Assembly: GCA_002104905.1 (NCBI GenBank)
Contig: MCFE01000059.1
Coordinates: forward strand, 124,001 to 188,000
Reading direction: 5' to 3'
DNA: 64,000 nt
Origin: Basidiobolus meristosporus CBS 931.73
Lineage: Eukaryota; Fungi; Basidiobolomycota
Made by a program: the position numbers and the translations under genes. Shown here one piece after another: positions 24,178 through 37,647 of this stretch (the stretch's first letter is position 1; each line of letters starts with the position of its first letter). The notes beneath the pieces were generated by a model. It saw nothing but the letters and a program-made list of their open reading frames with translations. It was not told where the DNA came from and did no database searches.

Positions 24178-25689
24178 TGTATACCAGACATCTTAATACG
24201 GATTGACTTTAATACCGCTTGTTTTCACAGTAACGCTAGAGGGGGAAGAGAGAACGAGTCGGAAAGTTAGTAGGATGTGCTGAACAATTAGAGTTGGGTC
24301 AACCTCCTACTATATATGCCTTGATTTTTTTACGACTCGGTAACAGTACCAAGAATCGCGGGTCAGGTCAGATAGTTTGAATTGATCTCACTGTGTAATC
24401 GTAATCTGTGATATGAACTAATAATTGAGTACACTTGACGCGCATCTTCTTCGGACCTACCCAGTTGATCCTTAATATGGCCATTTTGCTGGTGATTCGA
24501 CGGGTCCACGCCAGAGAAAACCACACATCCTATTAGTGTATCTAATATTACACCAAACTTGGCTCAACCAGAACTTTACTGATTCACCTACCGAGTCTCT
24601 TCTATGAGCTAAAAGTTGCACCTCCCAGCGTGTGGTAATGACGACAACGAGGGATCATCAAGCGCCCAGTGTCGTCTTGACTTTCGTTATTGCCTGTACG
24701 CGTTTTAATGGCACTCAAAATGTCTATGTAATTCAGAGCTTCCCATTGGCTTAGTTTGTTTATATTTTCGATGATACCAAAAGTGATTGGTTGGTCAGTC
24801 AGGAATAATTAATATTAACATTCTATAGGGCAGTATAATTAATTCAACCCCAATGAGCTTCAATAGAATGTTTACCAAACAGGAGCAGTCCACTTGGAGC
24901 CGTCAGTGGTATATTATATCGATCATTCTATTACTAACCTGTGAATAATTGCCTCACTACTGAGATCAGATGGAGATACATTACGAAATTAGGTTTGACC
25001 AAGAAGCTTGCATTCCTGATGGCTTCAGGCGCAATGTCACTTTTTTGAGCCGCCAAGTGCTGATAATATCACCATGTTTGCTTGTCTTGCGGTGGCGACG
25101 CTTTGACAACAAGAGCACGGTGAAATGGCTGCAGTTTGACTATAGTCACTGTCTTCAGTGCAGTCGATCTACAAAGATTAACTAATTTTCTCAGATGAGT
25201 GTGATCTAAAACAAGTGCGGATTATTGTTTCGAGCATCGAGCAGTGCTATCATTTGCTACTCCCACCAAATAAGGGAAAAATTAATCACAGTGAATCGAC
25301 GGAGGGTGATCGACTCTTTTTTGTCTGTCCTATCTCTATACGATCACCATTGTGAAGTAGGGCCAGGATTCCTTATTTTCGGTACGCGAAGGGTGGTCTT
25401 CCTTTTGAGTGCGTGGCCATGTCATAATCATTCTACATATCGTATATGTCGCCGTGGTTCAATTGTTCAGCATCCGTCTAAAGGTCTCGGACGTCGAACT
25501 CACTTCAGCCTCACAAATCTCGATCGTCACCTCCAGAGTCAATCCGTCATCGAAAGGATCAATCACTCTTTCAAGATTGGCCAATGGCCAGGGGGGAGAA
25601 GAATGTTCCGCAGTTTTCATCATTATTGGTTCATTGCTTGTATATAACCAAGCACAACGGCAGCTACTCTTTCAATCCTCATCTGTAGC

Positions 25690-26370
25690 ATGGCCAAACG
25701 TGCAAATTCGGAGACTACATTATCACCACGATCCCAAAGAGCGAAAGTCTCAGATGAGAAAGCAGTAGAGCCTAAAGCTGTGATTGAGGAAGATGGAGTT
25801 GTCGAATACTACCCTCAATTGCTCGCCAAAGAGTTAAGCCGTAAGTTGTACTCGGACCTTGTTGGCCTAGAGTACTGGAATCGCCCCGAACTTAAGGTCT
25901 ATGGGCGAGTGAAGCCTCAATCCAGGCTGACTTGTGCCTTCGGCGATGATCCCAATGTGGTGTACAATTATTCAGGTACAACTGCCCTGGTGGCTTCGGA
26001 ATATCCAGCTGGTGTGATCGAAATCAAGACAAGGGTGGAGAAGTTGGTTGGGGTTCAATTCAATTTCTGTCTATTGAATTACTACAGTGATGGGAATGAG
26101 TACATTGGCGCCCACTCGGACAATCAGGCTGGCCTTGTGCCTGGTGCCCCAATTGCCGCAGTTAGCTTGGGGACAGAGAGATTTCTGGACTTCAAGCATA
26201 AGAAAAAGAACCTCAAGGTGAGAGTGACAATGGAAGACGGATCACTACTTGTAATGGGTGGGGACACTCAGACCTTTTGGAAACATATGATTCCTAAGCA
26301 GAAGAAAGTCAACAGCGGAAGAATCAGTCTAACATTTCGTGTGGTGAAGCCCACAAATCGCCAAGAATGA
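25690..26370 (+). CDS. ALKBH2: AlkB-family Fe(II)/2OG dioxygenase, ALKBH2/3-like DNA demethylase
   Basis: Intronless, 226 aa. Contains FNFCLLNYY, HSD (HxD), IAAVSLG, WKHMIPK and RISLTFR. Confidence 0.85.
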   Translation: MAKRANSETTLSPRSQRAKVSDEKAVEPKAVIEEDGVVEYYPQLLAKELSRKLYSDLVGLEYWNRPELKVYGRVKPQSRLTCAFGDDPNVVYNYSGTTALVASEYPAGVIEIKTRVEKLVGVQFNFCLLNYYSDGNEYIGAHSDNQAGLVPGAPIAAVSLGTERFLDFKHKKKNLKVRVTMEDGSLLVMGGDTQTFWKHMIPKQKKVNSGRISLTFRVVKPTNRQE

Positions 26371-27337
26371 GGTATACATGCTGGGGAGCAGTGCGATGCT
26401 GTAAATAATAAAATGGTTGCAACACCTGGATAGTCCGATGCATAATTCGTATGACTGTATTCTATATCCGCAGTATTGGTTACTGCTAATACAATACTAG
26501 CTCTTTTTCGGTTTATAATCAGGGCTATGTGAATTGGCAGTCATATACCATATGCAGCTTAGCCAACCATTGGATCTGGTTTCTTGAGCACGGAATCCAG
26601 CCGATATTGCAACATACTTCGTAATTTGACCATGATATCATTTGAGCCTTCAACATGCAGAGTTCCTGCTGACGAGTAGCTCACTTTCCATATTATGTAA
26701 TAGCCTGAGGCGCAGCACAAGAGATCAGCGAAGTGCTTATTAAAACATGCTTACAGATGTCAGATGCCCACGGTTGCCACTTTTTTGTCTTCACGGCATT
26801 TGTGGTCAAGTGCCAGTAGACATGGGAAATTTGTTTGTGCTGTCTGGACGTGCATATGCGAATTAGACGGCTCTATTCAATATATCTCTGCTCGACAAAG
26901 TAAGCCTGATTAAACCAGATGGATCCGGTTCGTCAACACATGTGATTTCTTTACGAGCACTGAGAGGAATCTAGATCCAACCTTCTTGCAGATGCCTTGA
27001 GAAAGGCCATCGAATAACCTTATTTTAGCATCTAGTCTAGAATATTGCTTGCCTTCTATCCGGAGTGAGGCCTCAACAACTCGTAAGTGTGCGTTCCACT
27101 TTGTGCTACCTCTTCCAATGAACAACAAATCACGACGACGCCAATATGGCTATTTTTTAATTCGTTTCAAAGCACGCTGACAACAGATGCCAAGCATGTT
27201 TAGCAAAGAGTTCAGGGCCTAATCATAATAGTACAAGGATGTTTACTTGGAAACGAGGCTAATCCAATTTGATGCTTGAGGTGCTCTTGACTGATGATTT
27301 GCAGTAATTAGTATTAAATATCATGGCAAAAAGAGGG

Positions 27338-28909
27338 CTATTCTTCGTCGCTGTCAAGGCCTAAGTCTGGCTCACGAAGGTCCTTTGAATACATTTTTCT
27401 ATTCGCCATCTCAAGAATGGCCACTGCGTCAGCATTTGTATCCATGGCGGATCTCTTTGGGGGCAATAGATTAGGATCCCTCTCGATTTCTCTTACACAG
27501 AATACTAGATAGGCAATGGGTTAGTCACTTGATACTTCGTGTATTCCATGTATAGAATAGGGACCTTCAACTTCGTCTATGTCAAAATACTCCGAGTGCG
27601 ATAGTTGAGGGCTGTTGTAGGTGGAGCAGAATGGGCCGGCTCTAGAGTGGCCCGTCTCGAAATCTGAGTTGATCCATAATCCGAAATATTCATATTGGCC
27701 GCCCATGCCAAACCCTAATAACTGCGATTAGTACAGACCTCTTGACTGGGATCAGTGTCCAACTTACCATTTGGCAATGTCTTGGTTCCAACGTTGAAGT
27801 ATTGGAAGTTCTCATTGTATCTGCTTGTGGAGTAAACTCTTAAGTTTGGGTTGATAGTAAACAAGAAATTGTCAGAGCATCCATAGAATCTTGGTTTGAC
27901 CTCCAAAGGCTCGTACACAAAGCCTCCGAATATGTTATTGCCTGCGCCCTTCTCCTTGATGATGATGAGTAACGATCCCATGCCCTCGATTCTGCTTTGG
28001 AAGGTGCTCCAGCTTTTCCCATCCGTTTTGCTCGAGAACAATAGATCCCAGCGCTGTCGACAATCTATAGGAATGTTCTGGTTTAAAAACCACATATCAC
28101 CTGGTTTCAAGAGGTGGCTTTTGGATGAGAGTTCAGGAATTACAAGGTTTTTGCCTCTAGTCTGTGCAATCAGGTCAGGAGAGCTACTAATGGATGAGTC
28201 GTGGATAAATATGGTTGATAGTGCTAAGTCCAGGAGCATCTGGAAAATGCCATTCTTCTTGAACCAAGAGCACAAAGATTCATATCCCAGAGAGCTGTCG
28301 GAGGATGTTAGCCAAGCAGTTTGCTCGGCGCTGTCCTCAGGTTCCCCGGTTTTAAGAAACGGGTACAGCAAAATATAATTGATAAAATGCTCAGGGGCCA
28401 GGCTGTCGGGGTTAGAGGCAAGAGATTTCTTTTGACTCCAGAAGTGTAAGGCTGTAACAGCAATTGACTGCACGAACGATCTGAGAGAAAGCTGCGAGCT
28501 GGATAGAATACTCTGTATGGCCTTGCATTTGTCATCAGTTGGCGAACGCAAAAGTTGATGAACGCCATTGATTAAACTAAATTGCGTGATAGTCCCCTTT
28601 TCTTTTTCCTTCAAATGAGAGTCGGTTTTGAAATACTCCGATAAGTATTCTTTAAGGGGGCTAGGGAGCAGTATGTTGGCATTCTAGTATGTTGGGTAAG
28701 ATGGTAAATATGACTCCCAGCTCGTTTTTAGACTTTTCTCTACTCGAAAAGGCTGAGGATTTTGTACTTACGTGATTATCTTGTAGGGATTGTCCTTGAG
28801 GGTCAACAATCTTCTCATAAATTGAGCTGAGTCGTTCACGCTCAGCAGCAGAAAACCCGGAGAGTTTCTCATGAAGCAATGCACTTTTCTTGCTGTTTTG
28901 GTTTCCCAT
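27338..28909 (-). CDS. TLDc-domain protein, Rtc5/MEAK7-like
   Basis: N-terminus MGNQNS is an N-myristoylation-type start. TLDc motifs are WDLLFSSKTDGKSWSTF, NIFGGF, FYGCSDNFLFTI, YFNVGTKTLPNG, GLWINSDFETGHS and TYNSPQLS. The last exon reads ..AVAILEMANRKMYSKDLRE. Confidence 0.85.
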
Positions 28910-31073
28910 AATTGAGAGCAATTCAAGGCAGTAAGAGTTACTAGGCAATGAGCGACAACTATATTATATTTCTAGAGTGGCAGTCAATGAGCCTTCGGTT
29001 TATATTTTACCTAAAATGACTCAATTGCATCCAATTTTAATTTGTTGATGTCAAACCAAGATTTGAGATTCAGAAACCACATGAATGATGATGATGATGA
29101 TACTGGTGATGAGGTGATGAGTGGTTGGTTTCTTGGGACCTTTGTGGCGAAATCGGCATATGGATAACCGTTATACCATTATACCATGAGAGCCATGACT
29201 TGTACTCTAACGCTGCCGATTTTTTTGGAGCTGCTGTTCTTATCTTTCCATCTTATCCTCGAAAGTTGTCTTGTACGCCTTTTACTAGTATAGTCAGCAT
29301 ACATGCATCTAGCCGCAGATGCTGCCTTCAAGGCCGGCAGAGAATTTTCCATATTTTTAGGGAGATAATATATGGCAATATTGATATTCATGTTGAGCGA
29401 GAAAATGAAAGGAACTTCGATTTCAGCCATGAAGGATAAATTGAGAGCCCATGAATTATGCAGAATCAGCATGCGCAACTTTATCGTCCATTCATTGATA
29501 TTTATTCAGCTATATTTTTTGTTGGGCGTGCTTCAGATTCAGGGGAGTTTTATTACATTTATCCGTCATGCATGCGTGAAGAGTCGCTGACCAGACCATC
29601 CAAGAAACTTGAGAGTTGTTGAATCGTGCACCTATACACTTCAAATGGGATATCGCTGGAGTTGCACGTCTTAGCGATTTACCACAGATCGACTTGTTGC
29701 TGTGGTCGCTCGTCGAGTTGAGGTTGCCTACGTGCTTGATTAGCATTGAGGCTATACATCAAGGCTATTTACCCATCTCCTCACGCTGCAGCTGCTCCCC
29801 AGTGTCCTCCACATCTCAGGGTGTAAACATTCATGCGATGTAAGCAACAAGCAGTCTCCAAGTGCTGATAATCGACTTCTGTTGCATTGTGCGAGTGTAG
29901 TGGTCTTTCCTGATTTATGATGGAGTAGATGGCTCAGAAATATATACCATGTTGGCCTGCGCCGATATTATTAATTGCACGTAGACCGCATATGAGGTCC
30001 CAGAAATCACCATCAGAAGATCAAGTTATTGGGCATGCAATCCACTTGTTGCATGATTGATATTAAGATGGCAATAGTTAATACTCTGCTGGATGTTCCT
30101 TTTGGTAACTGTATCAGTACACCAACGCGGAATCACGCTAAAGTTTATTGCGATTTCCTTATAAGAGTATCAGTTTAATGAATCAACCCGCTAGCCGAGG
30201 AGGCACCGTGGAAACCCGGTACCATAGTACATAGTAAGAAATTTGTATCCGCATCCCCCTTATCCAGATATACATAGGGATAGTAGACATGAGCCCACCG
30301 CTTAAAATATTGCTCTGAGCTGACTAGCTTGATCATGCTTGGCGCTCCTTTTGTGCTAGTGTGGCGAGGCACTTCAGAAACCTCGGATCTGGACTTTTTC
30401 ATCGCGTGTTTTCCAACTTGGATATTGTCTTACTAATTGCCCTCATCATGAGAATACGAACGATTTCTTTTATCATACAAGAGGGGGTTTATGACACCTC
30501 GATTGGTGGATGTTGGGTTACAACATTATTCTGGTTTGTCTTACGCTTCCTACCAAAATGGGTCCTTCAATGGCGAAGTGCCATTTTGGGATCCCTTGGT
30601 TTAGTCGAGCCACCCCACTTGGCCCATTTTTTCGAGCGAGTGAGTGCCCAAGCTCATTGGAGTTCGTGCACTTCTATGCTTTTGGTTCAGATCACGATGT
30701 GTCTTGTGCCACTCCGAACATTCAATCGGAAATGATATGCTGCAAAGGCACCGGCCGAGCTAATCCTATACTTGTGAATGTGCCAGTTATTATGTTGACC
30801 CTCCTAGGTGGTACAGTTCATTTTTCGAAGAAGCATTGGATCGGCGAGTTTGTTTGATATGTCATTTATTTCTTTTTCAAATCCAACCACACTGTCCCAA
30901 TTTGGGCTGATCCATCAAGTGGGACAGCTCTGGTGGGAATTTTTCATGAACCACTCTGATTGGTGGCTTTAGGGAGGACCGGGCGAGCTGTGACCTGGGC
31001 CGAATGCAAGTATAAAGGTCACCCGCTTGACAATCACGAGCAGTCATTTTCAGTACTTATGTTTCGCTAGATA

Positions 31074-32345
31074 ATGGAGGCTATTTGGATAACCTTGATA
31101 GCTTTCTGCGTGTGGTTTCTAATCACTATAGTCTCTCTCTACTTCTTCATTCAGTATCGCCATGAGCCGACAATCCAGCATCGCTCCGTCAGCCTGACAT
31201 GCGTGTTTGCATTGTTCAACACGATACTAATCGGCTATCTTCTGTACAAACTTGCCAAACCCATCACATCGTGCGTGGCTCGGCTGTGGGTCCCCTCTGT
31301 CGTCTTTCCGGCTCTTGGTCTCACCGTACTAGCTAAACTGATTCGCCTGACGTTTCTCGGCAAATATCACAAATCGATATACTTGGAAGCAAAGCTGGGT
31401 TCTGTAATGAAGGAGGACGAAATTGGCTATGAAATGGAGCTTTCGGAGGAATCCTTTGTCAGCACAAAGAATTACGGAAACCTCAGGGAAGCTTGGTACT
31501 ATAAATATCGCCACCTGTTCACCACATCGTACATTCTCCGCACACTGGCAGCTTTCATGCTTATGCATATCGGCGTAACGGCCATTGTGAATGCGATCTC
31601 TCCCATGACATCGGTACCAGGCCAAGAATGCCCACTTAGTTGGGAGTTCTATCCTTTTATCGGCTTCTTGGTCGTGTACATGTTTCTGGGGGTTCCGGTG
31701 CTGCTTTACTGGTTCTGGAGAATCGAAGACGTGTATGGAATTCGGAAAGAGCTAATATCGGTGGCTATCATTGCCATGGTGGGCTTCTTGCTCTATCTAA
31801 TATTTTTATTCCTTCCGTCCTTGCGTACCCTTGAGAAATCTTTTGCTGCCTACGTATGGGGAGTGATTGTACTAATTTTAACTCACACTCTTTTCGTCGT
31901 TTACCCCATCTACGAACTAAGAAAATCTCGACTGGTTCGAGCGAACTCTAACAATACCCATGTCTTTGATCAGATCTTGACCGACCCTACTCTCTTCGAG
32001 GATTTCAAAGCTTACACCATCAAGGATTTCAGCGTAGAAAACCCGCTATTCTATGAGCGCTGTAGGAAGCTGCGGGATACACAATCTCGGCTTCGCATCC
32101 CCGGAAAAGAATCCATCAACGCCAAGACCCGTAACGAGCTCCTCTCGATGTATGAGACTTTCATAAACCCAAAATCCGAATTTCAGGTGAACCTTTCCTC
32201 TGCAACTATCCTGGAGCTAACAAGACAGTTCGAGTCGGGTGAATTATCACTGAATATGTTTTCGCGAGCGGAGCGTGAAATTCATCTACTAATGTATCAA
32301 AACACATTCCCTCGGTACATCAGGTACACCAACATGAAGATTTAG
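31074..32345 (+). CDS. 7TM-RGS protein (GPCR-like transmembrane region plus C-terminal RGS domain; GprK/AtRGS1-type architecture)
   Basis: Intronless, 423 aa, with seven hydrophobic segments by eye. RGS motifs are FDQILTDPTLFEDFKAY..DFSVENPLFYE, YETFI.P.S.FQVNLS and LMYQNTFPRY. Confidence 0.85.
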   Translation: MEAIWITLIAFCVWFLITIVSLYFFIQYRHEPTIQHRSVSLTCVFALFNTILIGYLLYKLAKPITSCVARLWVPSVVFPALGLTVLAKLIRLTFLGKYHKSIYLEAKLGSVMKEDEIGYEMELSEESFVSTKNYGNLREAWYYKYRHLFTTSYILRTLAAFMLMHIGVTAIVNAISPMTSVPGQECPLSWEFYPFIGFLVVYMFLGVPVLLYWFWRIEDVYGIRKELISVAIIAMVGFLLYLIFLFLPSLRTLEKSFAAYVWGVIVLILTHTLFVVYPIYELRKSRLVRANSNNTHVFDQILTDPTLFEDFKAYTIKDFSVENPLFYERCRKLRDTQSRLRIPGKESINAKTRNELLSMYETFINPKSEFQVNLSSATILELTRQFESGELSLNMFSRAEREIHLLMYQNTFPRYIRYTNMKI

Positions 32346-33159
32346 TGCCGCTGAAAGCATACCGTGTATTGTAACTTAAGATGGTCTTATGAGGTAGTAA
32401 TATTCAGCCCTACTCCCCTCATCGCTGTATCTTGCAACCCATTTGGCATCAACCTTTCGTCATCCGTTTGTATAAATGTAAAGCATAGCTGGAATTATGA
32501 TTGGCCTACCCACCTCCTTCTCGTATCAGACAATAGTTAAGAAGTATTCGTCCCACTCCCCTATCTCAGGCATGAGTGATAATAGATTGAAAATACATTC
32601 CAAACTCGTGGAAAGGCGAAATACCCTGAATACGATTATATTTTTATCACGGAGAGCACAAGTCTCCGTGTCCTGATTGTAGTGACCTTCATTATGGTAG
32701 TTTCATCGTTCACAGGGTTTGTGTGAAGAGGAACAGGTAAATTCTCGTCTGCGGTCACCTGTTTCGAAAGGATTACTTGTCATCCAACACATCCTGGCCC
32801 GATTTGTAAGCATAGCTGAAAACCAGAGCTGTTCATCAAAGCTACCATTTTGACTACCAAAACAACCCATCTTGACATCCACTATACACCACTCTTTGGC
32901 GCCATAAGTAAATACATATATATGGTAGTACTCAAGCTGCTGCGAGCTGTAGCTCTCCTTGGACCGAACCATTTCAAATATTGCGTGACCCCATATGGGT
33001 TAGTCAAGCATCAAAATTGATTAAACCAGATTGACTGATTTATACCCACTTGGACTTACCATCGTTAAAGAACAATTCATAGATCACTCAATAAATATTA
33101 CATTAATCAGCAATTCGAAGTTTTCTAACCCGTCCTTGAACACACCCACTCACTACCCA

Positions 33160-35203
33160 ATGAAGCCCCTGGAGTTGGCTCAGCAGTTCAAAAGAAGAGG
33201 CGCTTTTGACGAAATACGGAAGTGTTTACTGAACGACTTCAAGAATCACGTAACCCAGCCTTTTGTTTGCCTTTCATTGTTTCCCGTGCTGACTTGTTCT
33301 TGGATTTCCACCAAACCGTCTACCCCCTAGGAGCGTGGAAAGAAGTTTCAAGAATCCGTGGTGAGAATGCTTACCGAGATCACCACCAGGGATCCTTCTT
33401 TATTTAAAAAGGATAGATTCGCCTTCCAAAACCTCATGATGAAGGAGATGGAAAAGTAAGCGTCGACGCCATCGTGTTTCTATCTTCCTCACAGACCACT
33501 CAAGAAACCTTCGTGTTAGAAAAATCTCGCTAGCTGAGGTCGAGCTGGAAACCAAAAGATTACTCGAGGAAGCCGGCACCTATACTTCTAAGATGGAGAG
33601 CGAGCTTCGCGCAATTCTCCAGGCTTCAACCAATCTTCCCAAAGGTACGAAGTCCCTTGCCATAACTAACGTCCCAAGTGATTTTCTCCTATACTAACGC
33701 CCCAGTTCTTTCTGAACACGAACATACGTAGACCATCAACAAGAGACGTCGCAGCTCAAAAAGCGAGTCAGCGAGGTGCAGAAAAGCAGCCTAGAGGATC
33801 CGTTGTCCTTGCTCGATTCGATACTCAGCTTCTCGAATACGGCCACCAACTCTGTCGATCGGATGAAAAAGAAATCTCTGGAGATTCAAGGAGACCTCAC
33901 CCGAAAACCCTCTAGTGGCGTGGAGCTGTCACGCCATGATAATTCCTCGCCCCGGAGAAGTGAATTTCCCAAAAACTCCACTCCACACGGATACTCACCA
34001 CCACATGCGAGAAAGCAATCCAAAGACGGAAGCACGCCGCGGGCTATCTTGGGTAGTGCCTCGGAGGACCAGTTCGGCGAAAGCGACAGTAAGTTAGACC
34101 TTGACCTCAACTAGATTTCCAGTGCTAAACCAATTGTGTATGGCAGGGTTCGTCGTCAGACGAAGGAGTTCAACCAAAGATGGTGAGCGATTAAGCTCAA
34201 GTGAAAAGGTAAAGCGGACTGGGCCAGCCTCCTGATATCTAGCCCTCCACAGAGGAGCTTACTGATGCCTGTACATCTAGTTGCGTTTCCAGATTGATCA
34301 ACGAGTTGCTGCATTCGTGCCGATCGATGGTGATGAACTTCAAGAGAAATGTTATATTGTGGTGGTTCGCAAATATGACCCCGCAACCGAGAAGTATGTC
34401 CTCTCGCATAGGTTTTGTCAATGTGGATATGGAGGCTTACATGATTCGGTTGCATCTAGGTATGTCGTTAGAGACCCGGAGGCGATTGCTGGAGAGAAAG
34501 ATACCTGGAAAGTTCCAGAGGACAAAATTTACGATTATAAGCGAAATAAAAAACTTGTAGAGCGAGGTGAAAACCCGTTTTCGGTCGGCGACAGAGTTTA
34601 TTCCTTATACAAAGATCGCGAAACGGATGAGACCAGTACAGAATTTTATGAAGCGGTGATCGAGAAGATTGGAAAGGTAGGTTTATCGAAGACGGCGTCG
34701 GTGGTCATTCATGCATGCATACTGAACGATCCACACTTTCGTTGAAGAGCACTGTCCTGGTGAAATTTCTAGATGATAGCGGTGATACCTCGCGACTGTA
34801 TTATGACGAGCTCTTCAAAGTGAATAAGGTTCGTCTTTGGCAATCCGATCGAATCTGAAATGGGATTGCTAAATTTGTAGGGCGTTTGTAGAAGAACATG
34901 TTGGCCTTCACTGGACAATCCAAGTACCCAAAAATCAAACTGAAAATCAAGAAAGAATCACCCAACAACAACATTTCTCGGGATCGAAACAATGTCACCA
35001 AAAAATTGACGAACGGGCCAAGCGAAGGGAATGAGCGCAGTGAATCTCCGATAGAAAATACACAAGATTCGAACGGGTCGTTCAGGAAACAAAAGAGGCG
35101 GCGGCTAGTTGCCCTCGTTGACGATGATGATGATGATGATGATGACGACAACGATGCTAATGATTCGGCAACGCACAATGAACAAGTCACCACCAATTGG
35201 TAG
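33160..35203 (+). CDS. COMPASS Shg1/BOD1-like N-terminal domain joined to SGF29-like tandem Tudor domains
   Basis: Hand-spliced continuous frame over about 9 exons. N-terminus is PLELAQQFKRRGAFDEIRKCLLNDF..TRDPSLFKKDR. Tudor region is YVVRDPE..WKVPEDKI, FSVGDRVYSLY..STEFYEAVI, VKFLDD. A poly-Asp tail comes from (GAT)n at ~35122-35144. Some acceptor sites are ambiguous. Confidence 0.7.
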
Positions 35204-37647
35204 AGCTATGAGATTCGGGTTTATGAAAGAGTCGGCACAATAGAGGTCCATCACTGCTGCTATTTTCAGTTTGCTTATCCCGACATCCCAAATCAAGATA
35301 TTGATTGCTGAATATCTTTTTGTAAAGTATCAAGTTTTTCCGTAAAGCATGCTTTGACTCGACTGCAAAGTAATAAACTGATTTAGAGATAACCAGTGCA
35401 TCTCCACTTCCTTCACTCTTCATTTCATGAAGATATGGGCTTCGCCATAGACCACTGTTGGGGCAGATTTTGATATAATTGACGGGACGACTTTGAAATG
35501 ATTACTTTCCCAAGTCTGACAGAATAATAGCTATGTTACTGCAGTTTTTCCTGCCATTTCCCGATTCCGTCAGGCGCAGAAGCACAAGCCTGGAGAAATC
35601 CCAGCTCAAGAAAGGGATGGTGCATTGAAAGTGGTATGGTGAAGTAACACCACGATTCTGATTGAGCCTACTTTTTGGAAACCAATTACTTGGTAACTAA
35701 TTGCTAGAAACCCAAGTGGGCGGAGGTGGGGTATGAAAGGTATTTTCTAATTAAACATGTTTCAAATTCTAGGAGACAAATCTACCGACCGAACCCCCAT
35801 TAGCCCATAACGGCAGAAGAGCCCAGCAAAGGGAGAACACCTATATCTTACTTTATTTGTGATATTATAGGAGAAGTCTATTTGGCCAAACTCGATAGAT
35901 TGAACGGAGCGGGGATAGGCTAGAGGTAATGGAGTAAGGAGTTGTGCATAGATTGATTGAAGCCGAAAGTACTGTAGGAGTCAGCTTAAGGAGTGTATGT
36001 AAGTGGTTTATGGTATCAAGACATTTAAAGCCCAAGTTCTGCCAAAGTTTTTAAACATCCGGACCCATCGTTCAGCTTTCATACACAACGCTCATACACT
36101 CCTATAAAGCACCGCTCTTTAGGTGTCGTGGTAGGGAGAATAAGGCTTGAGAGGACTGGTAAATGCAGGTCTAGGCTTCGTTACAACACCCAGCGTTACC
36201 AAGGTAAGAATACCATGTATACCGGATCGTATACGGTGGCATTCTTATCGAATGGATTTATTTGGAGATGGTTGTTAGCCAAACGACCGCTTTGTAATTT
36301 TGGATCGCTATCGTTAATCATATGGTTCAGTAACCCCTTAGCCCTCCAATTCATGGTGTTAGAACGGTTCTGTGTAGCTTGCGCTCCGTGGATCCTAGTA
36401 CACCGTATGACATCTCGCTCAATTCTTCTGAACATGATTACACCGAGCACTCCTCAAACGGTCATCCCAAGATGAATCCCAATCAGTGCAACAAGTGAAA
36501 TAATTTGTTATTATCCCTAGACATCCCCTATTTGTTCCTTTTCCCCGGTTTTTGATGCATAGAATGATACCATATATGTAGCCTACAAAATCCACCGAAT
36601 TACTTTATCCCTTATCGTGACGTGGAACTAGGAAATTAGCTTCTGCAACAAGCTATATATGTTTATCGTAGTCACTGCTGTGATCAATCACACAGGGAAG
36701 TGTTTCATTGAAGTCCATGCTCCCAGTACTAGTAACCTTGGTAGCCAGTCTAGTCGGGAGTTTATGGTGCCTGCAATCAAAGGACAAATAAGGAAGTTGG
36801 GGCTTTCACAAACCGATTGCGTCACCGTAAGAGAATCACTGGTAGAAATGGAGTCGGAGTGGTTGCTGTAGTGGATCTTGCCAAATATATGGGAATCTGA
36901 AAATTCCAGTCCACACAATCAACAATACGATCACGCACGATCGGTGACCGCTAATCATCACCTATCAAACTAAGCGTATTGATCAGGCTAGACCTCGAAC
37001 TGTATGAGCCCGCATCAACAGCTCAACCTCAGACTGACCAAACTGCTGCTCACCTGACATTCATCAGTGTTCTCCTTGTTCTGTGAGTTAGAGAAACCAC
37101 GGTGACACCTAACGATGGGATATGCCAGGAAAATACGACTTTTGTGCTGATCTGCACAGCCTGGAATACAGTCATCATGGGTAGAAGTTAATTCGAGTAT
37201 ACGGAGTTCCGGATGATGCCATATTATGGAGTTCAGCTAGGCCCAAGATTTTGTGGCTTTGCTGAAATTACTGCATTCCAACATTAGTATTACGATTCGA
37301 TCGATATGCTACAGGTTGATCTGATGGTGTATGGATTTCATACACATCCTTTGGAACTGGTAGTGCTCAGGCTCTAGGTATCCAGAAAGATCAAAGGTTT
37401 GTTATTTATTGCTATACAGCATCCGCTATGGAGGTGGACAGAGGATCATAGTAAGGAGCTGGGGAACATCCAATCCCCCAAAAATATATACATGTGGTAA
37501 ATCATTAAGCATTTCATAGCAAGGTTGAGCGCGTGGAAGAGAATCCAAAGGCTGATGTTTGCATGAAGTGATAACCACCTTGATGGAGTAAATACAACCT
37601 GATCTAAGGCTTTCTTGGTGCCCAAGTTGGGTGGAATTTCAAGGGAT

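Noticed and set aside
29060-30860. Short ORFs, including a His-run from a (GAT)n tract
   Set aside because: No recognisable domain or consistent splice model; the His-run is explained by the microsatellite.
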